DNA from: Octopus sinensis
Taxonomy: Eukaryota
Reading direction: 5' to 3'
DNA length: 64,000 nt
Assembly (NCBI RefSeq): GCF_006345805.1
Contig: NC_042999.1
Span: forward strand, 66,092,001-66,156,000
In this document: one piece after another, positions 1-11,925 of the stretch
Layout of the letters: every line of letters starts with the position of its first letter
Numbering within the stretch: position 1 is the stretch's first letter
Notes under the pieces: generated by a model
Told to the model about the DNA's origin: nothing
Databases searched by the model: none
Seen by the model: only the letters and a program-made list of their open reading frames with translations
Translations under genes and position numbers: made by a program

Positions 1-452
1 AAGAAAAGAGACGAATATAAGATAACATTCCGATGTTCGGTTTGGAAACTATTTGGCTGATAAATCTATCAAATTCATCGACGAATCAGAGGCTCCTTCT
101 TTATAAAGCACTTATTCAATTGTCATCATTCCTGCATCAAGATGATGCAGTGTTTCTACAAAGGTAATATGATTGTGGTTCAACATAATTCGTGATCGTC
201 TCGCTTATCTCATGGTGATGCTCCTGCATACCGGAAAATTACATTGAAACTCAAATACTGCAACATTGAGTCGGTAGATACAATTCATATAAAAATAGTA
301 GCGTTATTGAGTAGCTTTCGAAACGAAATTTCTGTGTGTTTCCGTATTAATTGAGCATGTTCCAAAGATAATTATATTGAAGAGAGTGGTGACCGAATAT
401 AAAGCATGTATCAAAATAAAGGTTTTTTTCTTGAAAACTGGTATATTTGTGT

Positions 453-683
453 GTTTCTTTATTACCCACAAGGGGCTAAATATAGAGGGGACAAACAAGG
501 ATAGACAAACGGATTAAGTCGATTACATCGACTCCAGTGCGTAACTGGTACTTAATTTTATCGACCCCTTAAGGATGAAGGGGAAAGTCGACCTCGGCAG
601 AATTTGAACTCAGAACGTAACGGCAGACGAAATACGGCTCACATTTCGCCCGGCGTGCTAACGTTTCTGCCAGCTCACCGTCT
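453..683 (-). mobile_element. SINE family A (tRNA-type head, ...gtcgactttgcctttcatcctttcggggtcgat... core), single copy
   Basis: Reverse complement matches the copies at 18023, 33783 and 57214 along the whole length. Confidence 0.85.
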
Positions 684-1304
684 GGTATATTTATAGGTTC
701 GAGTCTTGAAACTTCCCACTTCACTTCCTATTATACCATTATGTGGTACTTTTGAATTTGCACTTTGGCGGTGAAATACAACTTTTGTTTGCACTGATTC
801 CAAAGAGACGTAAAATCTCATAATACCGAGAGTGTAACATAAAAGCTTAACTTTTAAATGGACCAGTGTACCGTTCCTTTAAATCCTGGTTTCTTCCAAG
901 TACGTGTTAGCGTTTGTCGATAAGTCTAGTCAGGAGGCTGCTATGGATAAGAAGTAAAACTCTGGCACAAACATTTTAAAGACGTTTCATTGAGAAATGG
1001 GAAACCAGTTGTTCATTCGGTACGTTAAGACGTCTCTTTTACTTTTCAATAATTATCTCCAAATGCGACTAATTAAAACAAGACAGAAGACACTAAAGTA
1101 GAAAAGAAGTGTTGAAAGAAAAAAAGAAAGAAAGAAGGAAAGACAGAAAGATTTACATGAGGCAATGACGGCGACATTGATGTTAATTTGGTCCGCGGTT
1201 TCATTTGTGTTGCTGGAAAGTCATTTTTGTTTCCGGAGTTCGCGTTTCACTCACGGTCTTCGACAATGCATTCCTTCTGAGGATTTCGCAACTTTGTTTA
1301 TAGT

Positions 1305-1699
1305 TGTGTTGCTGTTGCTGTTGAGCGAAGCGGTCTTAGTCCCAGAGCTCGCAAGATCGCGCCTCTGTAGTGGGAGAAGTCCGAATCGTGGTCCTTGACT
1401 ATTCGTAAGACTCGCAGAAGAGAAAGCAGGTCAACCCCCGACACAGAGAGCATCGACGGATGGACGACTGTGCATACAGACTCAGCGGTTGCGTAGGAAG
1501 TCGGGGACAAGAAACAGGAAGAAAGAGTGAGAGAAAGTTCGGACGAAAGAGTACAACAGGGGTCGCCCCCCTGCCGGTGCCTCGTGGATCTTTAGGTGTT
1601 TTCGCTCAATAAACACACCCAACGCCCGGTCTGGGAATCGAAACCGCAATCCTCCGACCGCGAGTCCGCTGCCCTAACCATTGGGCTATTGCGCCTCCA
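1305..1699 (-). mobile_element. SINE family B (tRNA-derived head tggaggcgcaatagcccaatggttagggcagcggactcgcgg...), long-tail variant
   Basis: Pol III A-box and B-box-like motifs in the head; nearly colinear with 48838-49225; (gctgtt)n tail. Resembles the published octopus OR-type SINEs; assignment not verified. Confidence 0.85.
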
Positions 1700-1924
1700 C
1701 TTATGGTTGTGTGTTCTAGGGTGATGTCCTGATTACTCTAATGTCAGGATTCTGCTAATCGCTATGGTTTTGAATGCTACCCATCATCTACCCTCATAGA
1801 GCTATTTTTTGCTAGTCACTGACTATTCTCTTCACTGTAACAAGCTTGCTATGTGCATAATTCCTGACCGATCCAGTATTGTTTGCAACAGAATGGGTAT
1901 TAAAGGAATTGTTACACATTTTAA

Positions 1925-1986
<62 letters not shown>
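1925..1986. repeat. (TAG)n microsatellite
   Basis: Direct reading. Confidence 0.95.
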
Positions 1987-3418
1987 CTCTTGTAAAACAT
2001 TAGTGTGAAGGCATGTGGTGTAAAACTAGTGGAGGCTCTAGAGTGTTTGATATATCTATTGTTAATTCTTTCAAGTATTTCAGCCTTAAAGCTGCCGTCA
2101 TGCCTGTACACCACCGTTTGGTGTTTAATATAACATATCTCTTTGAAAATTTCATTTGGAAAAGAATGTTGCTAACTTTCGGAAGTGAAGACGTATCAAA
2201 GACTCGCATGCAGAAAATGTTATGTCTAAAAAGTTGCTTGTCTCAGCGTTTGTAAGATTAGAAAATAGTTTAGCACTCAGAAACTGTCATTGTTTATTTG
2301 CAACTGTTATTTGAGTTATCTTTTGTCAAAGTACAATAGAAACCATTGAATGACGATTCGAAATGGAAACGTAGCAATGACATCGAATGTACTTGCCGAA
2401 AACTTTTACACATGAACTACTTTTTCTAATACAAAAGCATTTATGGGACAAGTCGTCTCAGTAAGGCAGGCGTTTCTAATTGGATTTGAATGTTAAAAGC
2501 TTTGAGGACACATCTTCTGGCTATAAAATAGTGCAAAATAAAGAAAAATAGTAATCTTGTTAAATTACAAATAGAAATCTGATTTATCCAACGTATGTGA
2601 TCTACTGAACTTCTTGGAATAAGATGAGACAAAATTATTTAAAATATCAAATAAACGACTGAAATGAAAATTTCTTTTAACCAATTAGATTATACGGCAC
2701 TAGTTTTTCCATGTGTCAATTAGTTGTAAAACAGACACATAGACAGTAGTGGGGTCTCTGTCGGTATCAACGATGAGCATTCATCTCTTCGAAAATGTAA
2801 TTTCTAATATCAAAATGCAGGTGGTTCAATGTTCTTCAAAACACGTTATTCTTTTCCTGAGCCCGGCGGCGTATAAGGGCCGAGATTTCAAATTTCCCCC
2901 GAACTGAATGTTGCTCGGTTGCAGCGTCCAAGGCTAGAAAATCTGAGAGGATGGGGCAAGCCACATGTTCGTGAGACCAAACAGGGTCGTGAGACCACCA
3001 AGAAACAAGTTAGTTCGTTCGAGGCGGGTTGTAACATTTTCTGTATCTTCATTAACTTCACCTAACGCATGTTTAAAAGAAGAATTTTGTTGGTTGATGT
3101 ATGATCATATCACCCTTTAAGACGTATGGTGCAATGGGAGGAACATGTGGCATTCTTTTTCTAGGGAAAAGTTACCCATTAAAATATCAGAAAATTGAAT
3201 ATGAAGTGCCATGCATATATACTGAAAACTATAACTCCCTTTCCTTTATTGATTCAGTTCATTCTGCATTTTGCTCATTGCTTTAAGAATTCTGGTAATT
3301 TCCCGTTATTTTGTCTACCATTCCACCGTTATTTTGTCTTCCATATTCCATACTTTTCGTCAATTAACCCTTCTTGCTTGCATCATGAAAATGCCCTGCC
3401 TAGCGAGGCATGACACAG

Positions 3419-3603
3419 CATATGTTCAGCTGACCACCCAGGGATATGGCGGGATTATTGTGACTGCAGCATGGCGAATTGTAAAGAGGCAGACGAAGAA
3501 CTCAACAGGGACAATTACATTGATCCCGAGCGGAGGAATCCTTGAAGATGAACGGTCAGTATCACCAAGCTCTATCAAGTCAGTAACTGAAACGTCTCCA
3601 TAG
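3419..3603 (+). CDS. Candidate exon of unknown product (two alternative open frames)
   Basis: Non-repeat, GC-elevated segment after acacag. Frame A reads YVQLTTQGYGGIIVTAAWRIVKRQ...SVTETSP*. Frame B reads ICSADHPGIWRDYCDCSMANCKEADEELNRDNYIDPERRNP*. The acceptor is weak. Confidence 0.2.
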
Positions 3604-3857
3604 GGGTGATGGCGATGGATGTTCAATCAGCTAATGAAGCGTTCTTTATGATTCAAGCACCAACTTCATATTCATTCCACATATGTATAATAGAGTTGGA
3701 TGGCAGCAGCGAGACCCTTTGAATCCGTGCAAGCAGCGCGACCGGACTCTCGATTTTACTCTCCTGTTTACTAACCCTATCAGTTTAATGTTCTTTTGCT
3801 AAATGCCTTTACAAAATGCCAATGCACTATCTCTATTATTCTAATAATATTTAGGCA

Positions 3858-4426
3858 TCGAGCTACCAGAAACGTTAGCACGCCGGGCGAAATGCTTAGC
3901 GGTATTTCGTCTGCCGCTATGTTCTGAGTTCCAATTCCGCCGAGGTCGACTTTGTCTTTCATCCTTTCGGGGTCGATTAAATAAGTACCACTTACGCATT
4001 GGGATCGATATAATCGACTTAATCCGTTTGTCTGTCCTTGTTTGTACTCTCTGTGTTTAGCCCCTTGTGGGTAATAAAGTAATAGGTATTTCGTCTGCAA
4101 CTACGTTCTGGGTTCAAATTCTGCCGAGGTCGACTTTGCCTTTCATCATTTTGGGATCGATTAAATAAGTACCAGTTACGCACTGAGGTCGATGTAATCG
4201 ACTTAATCCGTTTGTCTGTCCTTGTTTGTCTCCTCTGTGTTTAGCTCCTTGTGGGTAGTAAGGAAATAGGTATTTCGTATGCCGTTACGTTCTGAGTTCC
4301 GATCCCACCGAGGTCGACTTTGCCTTTCATCCTTTCGGGGTCGATATAATCGACTTAATCCCTTTATCTGTCCTTGTTTGTCCCCTCTATGGTTAGCCCC
4401 TTGTGGGCTATAAAGAAATAATAATA
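3858..4426 (+). mobile_element. SINE family A head-to-tail trimer
   Basis: One near-full unit followed by two 5'-truncated units starting at 4085 and 4269. Confidence 0.9.
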
Positions 4427-4620
4427 GTTAGCACGGCGGGGGAAATGTTTAGCGGCATTTCGTTCATGTATGCCTCCTAAATTCAAAATTCTCCGAGGTC
4501 AACTTTGCATTTTTATCATTTTGCTATCGATAAAATAAATACCAGTAGAACTCTGGCATCAATATAATCGACTTATACACCTCTCGCGAAATTACTGGCC
4601 TTGTACCAGAAGTTGAAACC
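4427..4620 (+). mobile_element. Older, diverged SINE family A-related copy
   Basis: gttagcacggcgggggaaatg...gaggtcaactttgcatttttatc similarity to family A. Confidence 0.65.
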
Positions 4621-5319
4621 TACATTTGTGATAACGCTGGGGCGGTGAGCTTCAGCTTTACGTTCTGAGATCAAATACAACCTGTATCGACTTCGCCATT
4701 CATTTTCACAGGGTCAGAAAACAAGCAGCAGACAAGTACAGATTTCCATGTAATCGAATAACCCCTCCACCGTCCAAATTTTCAGGTTTTTGGTCACATT
4801 AGAAAGGATTATTGCTAACAATAAAGGATTGATTAATACCCGTATACGCACGGAATAAGAGCCCTTTTAGTATTACACTTGAACCAATGAACACACATTT
4901 ATAAGCTCGCTGGATCGACAGGAAAAAGCAGTCAATCACATTTTCGACATGGGTATTGCTAACAAAAATGTCTTGGTCGTTACAGCAACATTATAACACT
5001 GGGCAACATTATCATGTAAGTTCAGGGATAAGCCTGACCTAGACTTTACTGAAAACGGCAAATCGTATGATATGCGTGATTTCCAAATTTTTCATTTAGA
5101 ATTCTAATCAAAATACCAGTAGTGAACAGAATCTACTAGTTCTATACTTATGTAATATTAATCATTGTATATTCGTATTTCTAATACATATACTCATTCT
5201 AAAACACAAATGTCTACTTAAACATATTCACATTAATGTAATAGAACGTTTAAGTTGTACTATTCGATCGAGTGCGATTTGAATATGCATTTATCTATTT
5301 CATTACTATTTAATCTAAT

Positions 5320-5341
5320 CATATTGTATGCCTTATATATA

Positions 5342-5382
<41 letters not shown>

Positions 5383-5415
5383 TATATAGACGTGTGTATG
5401 TATATATATATATAT

Positions 5416-5446
<31 letters not shown>

Positions 5447-5598
5447 ATACGTGTATATATATATGTGTGTTATTGAAAAAACAGATTATATTAATGCACT
5501 TAAACACGCTCACATGATATATATATATATGAGTGTGTGTGTGTGCGTGTGTATATATATTCATACATACATATATATGCATATGAATGTGTGTGTGA

Positions 5599-5663
<65 letters not shown>

Positions 5664-5690
5664 TGTATGTATGTCTATATGTATATCATC
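5320..5690. repeat. (TA)n/(TG)n compound microsatellite
   Basis: Direct reading; explains the ORFs at 5328 and 5537. Confidence 0.9.
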
Positions 5691-6083
5691 GTTTTCTAAT
5701 AGTTCGAGTACATTTAAATATTCAGATGAGCTGTGAATATTGAATTAAATGTATTTCTAAAAGAAATTAAAACTTATTTTAATTTTTGTGCTATGTACAC
5801 ACACAAACACACACACACATACATACACACACACGCGCACACAGACACGTGTGTGTGTGAGAGAGTATGCGTGTATGCGTGTGTATGCATACACATGTAT
5901 GTGTGTGTGTGTAAATATTTGTGAATCGATATGCCCGGATTGAACTTATATGTTTCTGTGCGTGTGCGTGGTTAGGTGTGTCCACGTTTGTGTGTGTTTA
6001 TGTTAAAATTTTTGAATATAGTGAAGCCATACGCGTGCGTGCGTGCATGTGCGGGTAGGTGTTTCACTGTGTGTGTGTGTGCG

Positions 6084-6127
<44 letters not shown>

Positions 6128-6592
6128 CGTGTGTATGCATATGTGTGTTTTAAACTTGTATGAATTTCTGAGTATGAAGAGGGGTATTGAATTCTTTTGT
6201 CATATATAAAATATTTTCCTAGAAGGTCGATTCATAAAATTGCATTATTTCACATAAAAATCTCTTCACACAACAATGAATTAGAAAAAAAAGAGTGCTA
6301 GATAATTAATTAAATTTCACAGAGTAAAAAAAGATAAAGCAACTGTTTTACAATATCACAAACCATCACAATTTCTGAAGCTGTTCTACAGACTCAGATG
6401 CAAGTAGTCTTATATCATCAACAACATTTTTACATCTATTTTTTCATGCTGGCATGTGTTAGATGATATACGCACTTACATAACCATATATATATATAAT
6501 CAAAATAAGCAACAAGGATATCCAAGGTAGAGCAGTACTTAAGTACCATATTCATCTGAATCTAAATTTTGCTGAACTTATATATATATATA

Positions 6593-6893
6593 TGGAGGTG
6601 CAATAGTCCAATGGTTAGGGCAGCGGACTTGCGGTCATAGGATCGCGGTTTCGATTCCCAGACCGGGCGTTGTGAGTGTTTATTGAGCGAAAACACCTAA
6701 AGCTCCACGAGGCTCCGGCGGGGGGGAGGGCTGATCCTTGCCACAACTTTCTGTCACTCTTTCTTCTGTTGGCCTGCTCGCTTAGCCAGCGGGGTGGTGT
6801 CATTTGAAGGCTAAAACAATGCGAAGCGTATTGTGACCAAAGATGTGTAGAAACATCTGATAGCCTGGTCGGTCACGGTGATCACGCTGATAT
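6593..6893 (+). mobile_element. SINE family B, short-tail variant
   Basis: Same tRNA-like head as 1305-1699 but a different 3' half. Confidence 0.8.
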
Positions 6894-6924
6894 ATGGTGG
6901 TTGTCTACTCCTTATGTATTTCAC

Positions 6925-7052
6925 TACTGCCCACAAGGGGCTAAACACAGAGGGGACAAACGGATTATGTCGATTACATCGACCCCAGGGCGTAACTGGT
7001 ACTTAATTTATCGACCCCGGAAGGATGAAAGGCAAAGTCGACCTCGGCGGAG
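6925..7052 (-). mobile_element. SINE family A, 5'-truncated
   Basis: Matches the core and tail of family A. Confidence 0.8.
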
Positions 7053-7185
7053 ACCACCTCCTGTACGTACTCTTTAGAACCATCATGTAATCTGATGTGG
7101 CTTTTAAAAATACAATGTTTTGAAAAGACTCCCACATAGATTGTATAACCGATTTGGACCACCAACAGCCGCAGATATATATATG

Positions 7186-7400
7186 AAGCACATGGCTTAG
7201 TAGTTAAGTTGTTGCACTCACGATTGCGAGATCGTGGGTTCGATTCCCAGATCGAAGGTTTGTTGTGTTCTTGAACAAGGCACTTCATTTCACGTTGCAC
7301 TGCGATCATTACGTCATCTGACACGTGGCAAACGATGCACCTGTGCAGGCAATGTCGATTTGATGGAAGGAGTGAGCGTATGTGTACAGAAACATGTGAT
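7186..7400 (+). mobile_element. SINE family C (tRNA head plus gtgttcttgaacaaggcacttcatttcacgttgc core)
   Basis: A-box-like tggcttagtagttaag and B-box ggttcgattccc, followed by a CORE-like central motif. Confidence 0.65.
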
Positions 7401-7496
7401 AAATTTATTTTAAATTAGCCACAGGGGCTGTACATAGAGGGGACGATAACAAGGCAACAAAAAGTGGGGATCCAAGACATAAGGTATGGGAGATAC

Positions 7497-7775
7497 GTGC
7501 TATCTTCTGAATCAAATTTTTCAACTTTTTCAAATCTTCAACATTTATTTGTAGCTGCTCTTGTACTCTTGCTACAGATGCGAAACCGTGACTATTAGGT
7601 TCAGTAACTCTTTCTTCGAGATTTACGGTTGTTTTCTTGGTTGAGGTAGCGTTGGAAAATGTCCGTGTGCTTTCGATTGCAAGACTTTCGTTTCCCACCT
7701 CCTTTTCGTAATGCAGGAGGGGAGGAAAATTTACTTCGTATATATCAGTTTGCGGGTGCGTAGCCCACTTCATGA
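7497..7775 (-). CDS. Candidate internal exon (phase 1-1, 279 nt), product unknown
   Basis: Pyrimidine-rich acceptor ...ttcatttttcaaacatgacctccag| just after an in-frame stop; 92 open codons MKWATHPQTDIYEVNFP...VEDLKKLKNLIQKIA; possible donor C|gtatct. The ORF tail beyond it runs into a SINE A tail fragment. Confidence 0.35.
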
Positions 7776-7869
7776 CTGGAGGTCATGTTTGAAAAATGAA
7801 AAACAAATATGTGCTAAGACAATCCATTAGGAAATTAAAATTTGCTTCATGAAGGGGAATGTATTTAGT

Positions 7870-8409
7870 CAAACATCCTGTCAACATCATCGTGTTTGGA
7901 ATGATCACTAGTGATGGCAACGTTATGACTCCATTCATATTCCCACAAGGCCTCACACTCAACACGGAGACCTATATCAAGTGCGTGAATAAGGTAGTAC
8001 TGCTGGGAGAACTATGTCTGACAACAGGACTCTGCGCCATACCACACAAGCAGCAGAACCCAGTCATGGCTGTCAGACAATTTCTGCGACCACATACCTC
8101 TAAAATCTGGCCATCTGACTCATGAGACTGCAACCCCTTGATTATTAAGTGTGCAGCGCAGTTGATTGAGAGACCAATAATATTTTGTGTATCGCCAAAG
8201 GATTATGGCTGCATTCACCAACATAAACTAGGAGACCATCCAGAAGAGTTGCAGGAGATTCGGAAATCGCCTGAAGGCCGTGGTTGAAGGCAGTGGCGAT
8301 TTTTTTTTCGAATAAGTTTACTCTGTATCATTTCAAGATATTTTTACGTAATATTGGTAAATATATGTTAAATCCGAACTTTAGACGACAATTTATTTAC
8401 GGCACCCTG
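7870..8409 (+). mobile_element. Tc1/mariner transposon 3' fragment (degraded DDE transposase plus right TIR)
   Basis: KHPVNIIVFGMITSDGNVMTPFIFPQGLTLNTETYIKC..., degraded QQDSAP and WPxxSxDCNP(L)DY motifs; ends in ...acggcaccctg. Confidence 0.85.
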
Positions 8410-8417
8410 CATGCGTG

Positions 8418-8450
<33 letters not shown>

Positions 8451-8544
8451 ATATATAGGAGTGTGTGTGTGTGTATGTATATGTATATGTATACATGCAT
8501 ATACATATACATATGTATGTGTGTGTATGTATAAATATATATGG

Positions 8545-8575
<31 letters not shown>

Positions 8576-9089
8576 CATACATACATATTTACGTTACTTA
8601 CACATGTACAAACACATTGACACACAAACGCACAGACACATATATTCTATGCATATATTTCTGTATACAAAGCATCTAGTTTTTATGTGGTTACGTGAGC
8701 GTATGATATTGTTTGGTATAAACGTATAGTATATTCTTTTGAAAAGTGTTTGATCAGAGAATATACTTTGCTCAAGTTCTGCCTGTGATTTTATTTTACA
8801 GCTTTAACTGATAACATCTTTGTATGAGTCACTCATGTACGTATAAATATTACATATTGCATAAAATGTATACGTACATACTTATAAACCCAAACGCTCA
8901 CGAATATATACACACGCACACACACTCACACAAACACACACGCGCACACTCACACACATGCACACATACGTATACATATTCTTTTATTCGCTTCAGAAAA
9001 CTGTGGCCATTCTTACCGCCAAACTTATCACTTTTTCAATGGTCATTTGCTTGCGTATGGCTCTTGGTCAAAGAGAGACTTTGATATTG

Positions 9090-10620
9090 TTGATTGTTGC
9101 CCTGATGCAGTTTTATCCGTGACCTTGGACCGTAGGATACCAAGTTGTTTCTTAAACACACCCATCACTATCTCCTGTAAATCTCGCAAAATTTTGTGGC
9201 AACATATTAATTAGGTGTGGGCCTTTGAATCCCATGCTGTTGCAGTACCTGACCCTTACTTTAGGGGGATGGCTGGGAATAATATAGTGATGTCCTTTTC
9301 CAGAGGTGATATAATATTGTTGTGGAAGTTTGGGGTTAACCTAAGATATCCCAAGGTTCAATACTATATACATGTGTTTGCGCGCGCGCGCGCGCGTGTG
9401 TGTGTGTGTATACATACTTACATACATATATACATATACCACTGTATATCCCTGTTCTGCCTCACCTCCGGGAAACAGAGTCATAATCCTTTGAATCTCT
9501 CCCAGTAGCCCAGCTGTTTTATTGATGCAATCTTCCAAGTGCAGTAACTCTGAACTGCTTCAAATTCTGGTATTTATGTGACATAGTGGAAACGGCTACC
9601 CTAGAACGACCTTAGTTTCCTGGTCCCTTGTTCTGAATGTTCTGAATGTTCTCACTTGCACATTGGCAACTTCGTGGCAATATGTAACTGAAAGGCGTCG
9701 TTGCTTATATCAGTCACCACATCACACACTACACTTCACTCTGAGATTGACGCTCAAATTGGCCCCAAATCAAGCTAGCTCAAGATGGCTGATAGCGTAG
9801 GGCTTGTAATGTCCATGCATTAAATTTCATGTAATTTTCTTCAGACAATCTATTTATAGATTCTAGGTCTTTCTCTACAAGATTAGCTTCGAACGATTCC
9901 TTGGGGGCTTGTACAACTGCTGTGTAATTGGCATGTATAATATGACCGAGAGAGCTAGGAGTTACGATAAACAGTAGCGGGCCCAAGACAGTTTACTGAA
10001 GCACTCAACTCACTATTACTGTATCCTTGGAGAGGGCCCTATTGGATGCCTCATTCTTGCTTCTGACGTTTATGAAATCATCTAATCACATTCCCAGTTT
10101 TCTGACTATGCCAAGTCTCCGTAGCTTGAGACATATCATTCTGATATTAGCCCAATCAGATGACCTTGCTAAATCATATCCATGTTGCATTCTTTAGTTG
10201 TTTCAACACCCAGCGATAATGTTGTGCAAACAGCTACTTCATAAACGAAGGCCATGCAGGGTATCAAGGAGCAATTCATAACCATCTAGAAATGTCATCT
10301 GCTTCCTCCTGAAAATGCTTCCATGACTTTGCTTACATGTGAGGTTAGACAAGCAGGTCTGCAATTTTTATCATCCGCACTGCTACTTTCATTATGCATA
10401 GGAGATATTATGATCTTAAATTTCTGGGAAGTCTCTCATTTGCAATGAAACTTTGGGAGAGACACTGTACTGGTTTTACCAAGACCCCCTTTGCATTTCT
10501 TTAGGTGGATTGCTGAAAATCCATCACAATCTGTGACTAAGTTCAAGCACATTTCCTCAACGGATACTATTACACCAGATTCCTCTGTGTGGAGCTGTAG
10601 AGCCGAAGAACTTATCAAGC
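9090..10620 (-). mobile_element. CR1-like non-LTR retrotransposon remnant (RT and C-terminus)
   Basis: Minus-strand motifs NCRPACLTSHVSK, GPLLFIV, KDLESINRLSEENYMKFN, GPHLINMLP...FKKQL; many stops and frameshifts. Confidence 0.75.
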
Positions 10621-10742
10621 AGTACTATGAAAACACTTTTGTATAGTGAATTAGTTTTATTGCGCATTCAGTATTTCGGTGGCAAATCGGAAACGGCTTC
10701 CCTGCTTTAATTCCTCGGGAGCAGGGTTATAATAATATTATT

Positions 10743-10756
10743 GATAATGATAATAA

Positions 10757-10812
<56 letters not shown>

Positions 10813-10888
10813 TAATAATAATAATAATGATAATAATAATAATAATAATAGTTATTATTATTATTATTATTATTATTAATATTATTAA

Positions 10889-10971
<83 letters not shown>

Positions 10972-10991
10972 TATTATTATTATTATTATTA
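10743..10991. repeat. (AAT)n followed by (TTA)n, a self-complementary trinucleotide array
   Basis: Direct reading; pivot at about 10851. Confidence 0.95.
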
Positions 10992-11925
10992 TCGTATTAC
11001 CAGTATAGAATAAGTGAAATGCAAAATCTCATTCTCTTTTCATTACTTGTATAATTTTTGTAAAGGTCTCGAAACTATGACCTTTAGGAATAGACACAAT
11101 GTATATATTTTCTTTCTTAATGGAATTATTCTCCTAAATGTGACTGACACCTAAAATTGAGGCAGTGAACTATATACTTCACAAATGAAACGAAGAAAAG
11201 CATATGATAAAGATAATCAGCTTAATGACACCCATGATGGCACACATAACATATAGATAATATAAACTATAAGGAATGGTCCGCCCACGGCCAAAAAGCA
11301 GGGAAAATATATAAAGAATAATAACAGAAGGAAATATATTATTCTATTGAAAACAAAATTGTATGACAGTAGTAATTGAATTACTACAGGTAATGTTGAC
11401 TTTTGCAAAGGTCTCCCAATTATTGAAAAAGGGTTTTCGCAAAGGTAAACATAATGTATGTGTACTTTATACATACATCTTTTCATATATGTATACCTGC
11501 ATATGTGTGTGCGCGTGCGATTGTGTCTGTCTATTTATCGTTTATTTTTATGTATGTGTGCTTGTGTGAGTGTGTGTGTGTGTGTGTACTGTTCTGTGTG
11601 TGTGTATGTATGTGTGTATAGAGTGCAGTCTATCTACAGCTCTGTGTTTGCATATGTGAGTCTGTGGATGCGCAGATTCACTTAATCACGGTCTCTAAAA
11701 TAGATCTTTGATGATATTATATCTCGTGTCATATCTTTATTCTATTATCTCCATATTTGTGCCCAACCATTCTCCATTATCTACAACTCTACAGCCTAAT
11801 ACCCTGTTTATCTAAAAATTGCCAAGTCATCTGTTAAAATAAACAAAATAAGCTTACATCATTCTGTGACAGTGTTACGATTGAAAACTGCCACATATAT
11901 TCGCTAAGACTTAATTTTATTTAAA

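Noticed and set aside
901-953. Possible micro-exon YVLAFVDKSSQEAAMDK
   Set aside because: Equally plausible alternative splice readings overlap it; no supporting homology.
1298-1510. Similar ORFs at 1298-1510 and 48789-49148 suggesting paralogous genes
   Set aside because: Both are the body of SINE family B.
2443-2460. MGQVVS followed by gtaagg, resembling a myristoylation start exon
   Set aside because: Too short to distinguish from chance.
3858-4426. Regularly repeated units resembling a CRISPR array
   Set aside because: Units are about 150-185-bp SINE bodies without unique spacers, in eukaryotic DNA with no cas genes.
6593-6670. tRNA gene-like sequence
   Set aside because: It is the tRNA-derived SINE head; no intact cloverleaf or acceptor stem.
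7405-7496. Hydrophobic, GPI-signal-like C-terminus of the 122-aa ORF
   Set aside because: The last part (7419-7460) matches the SINE family A tail.
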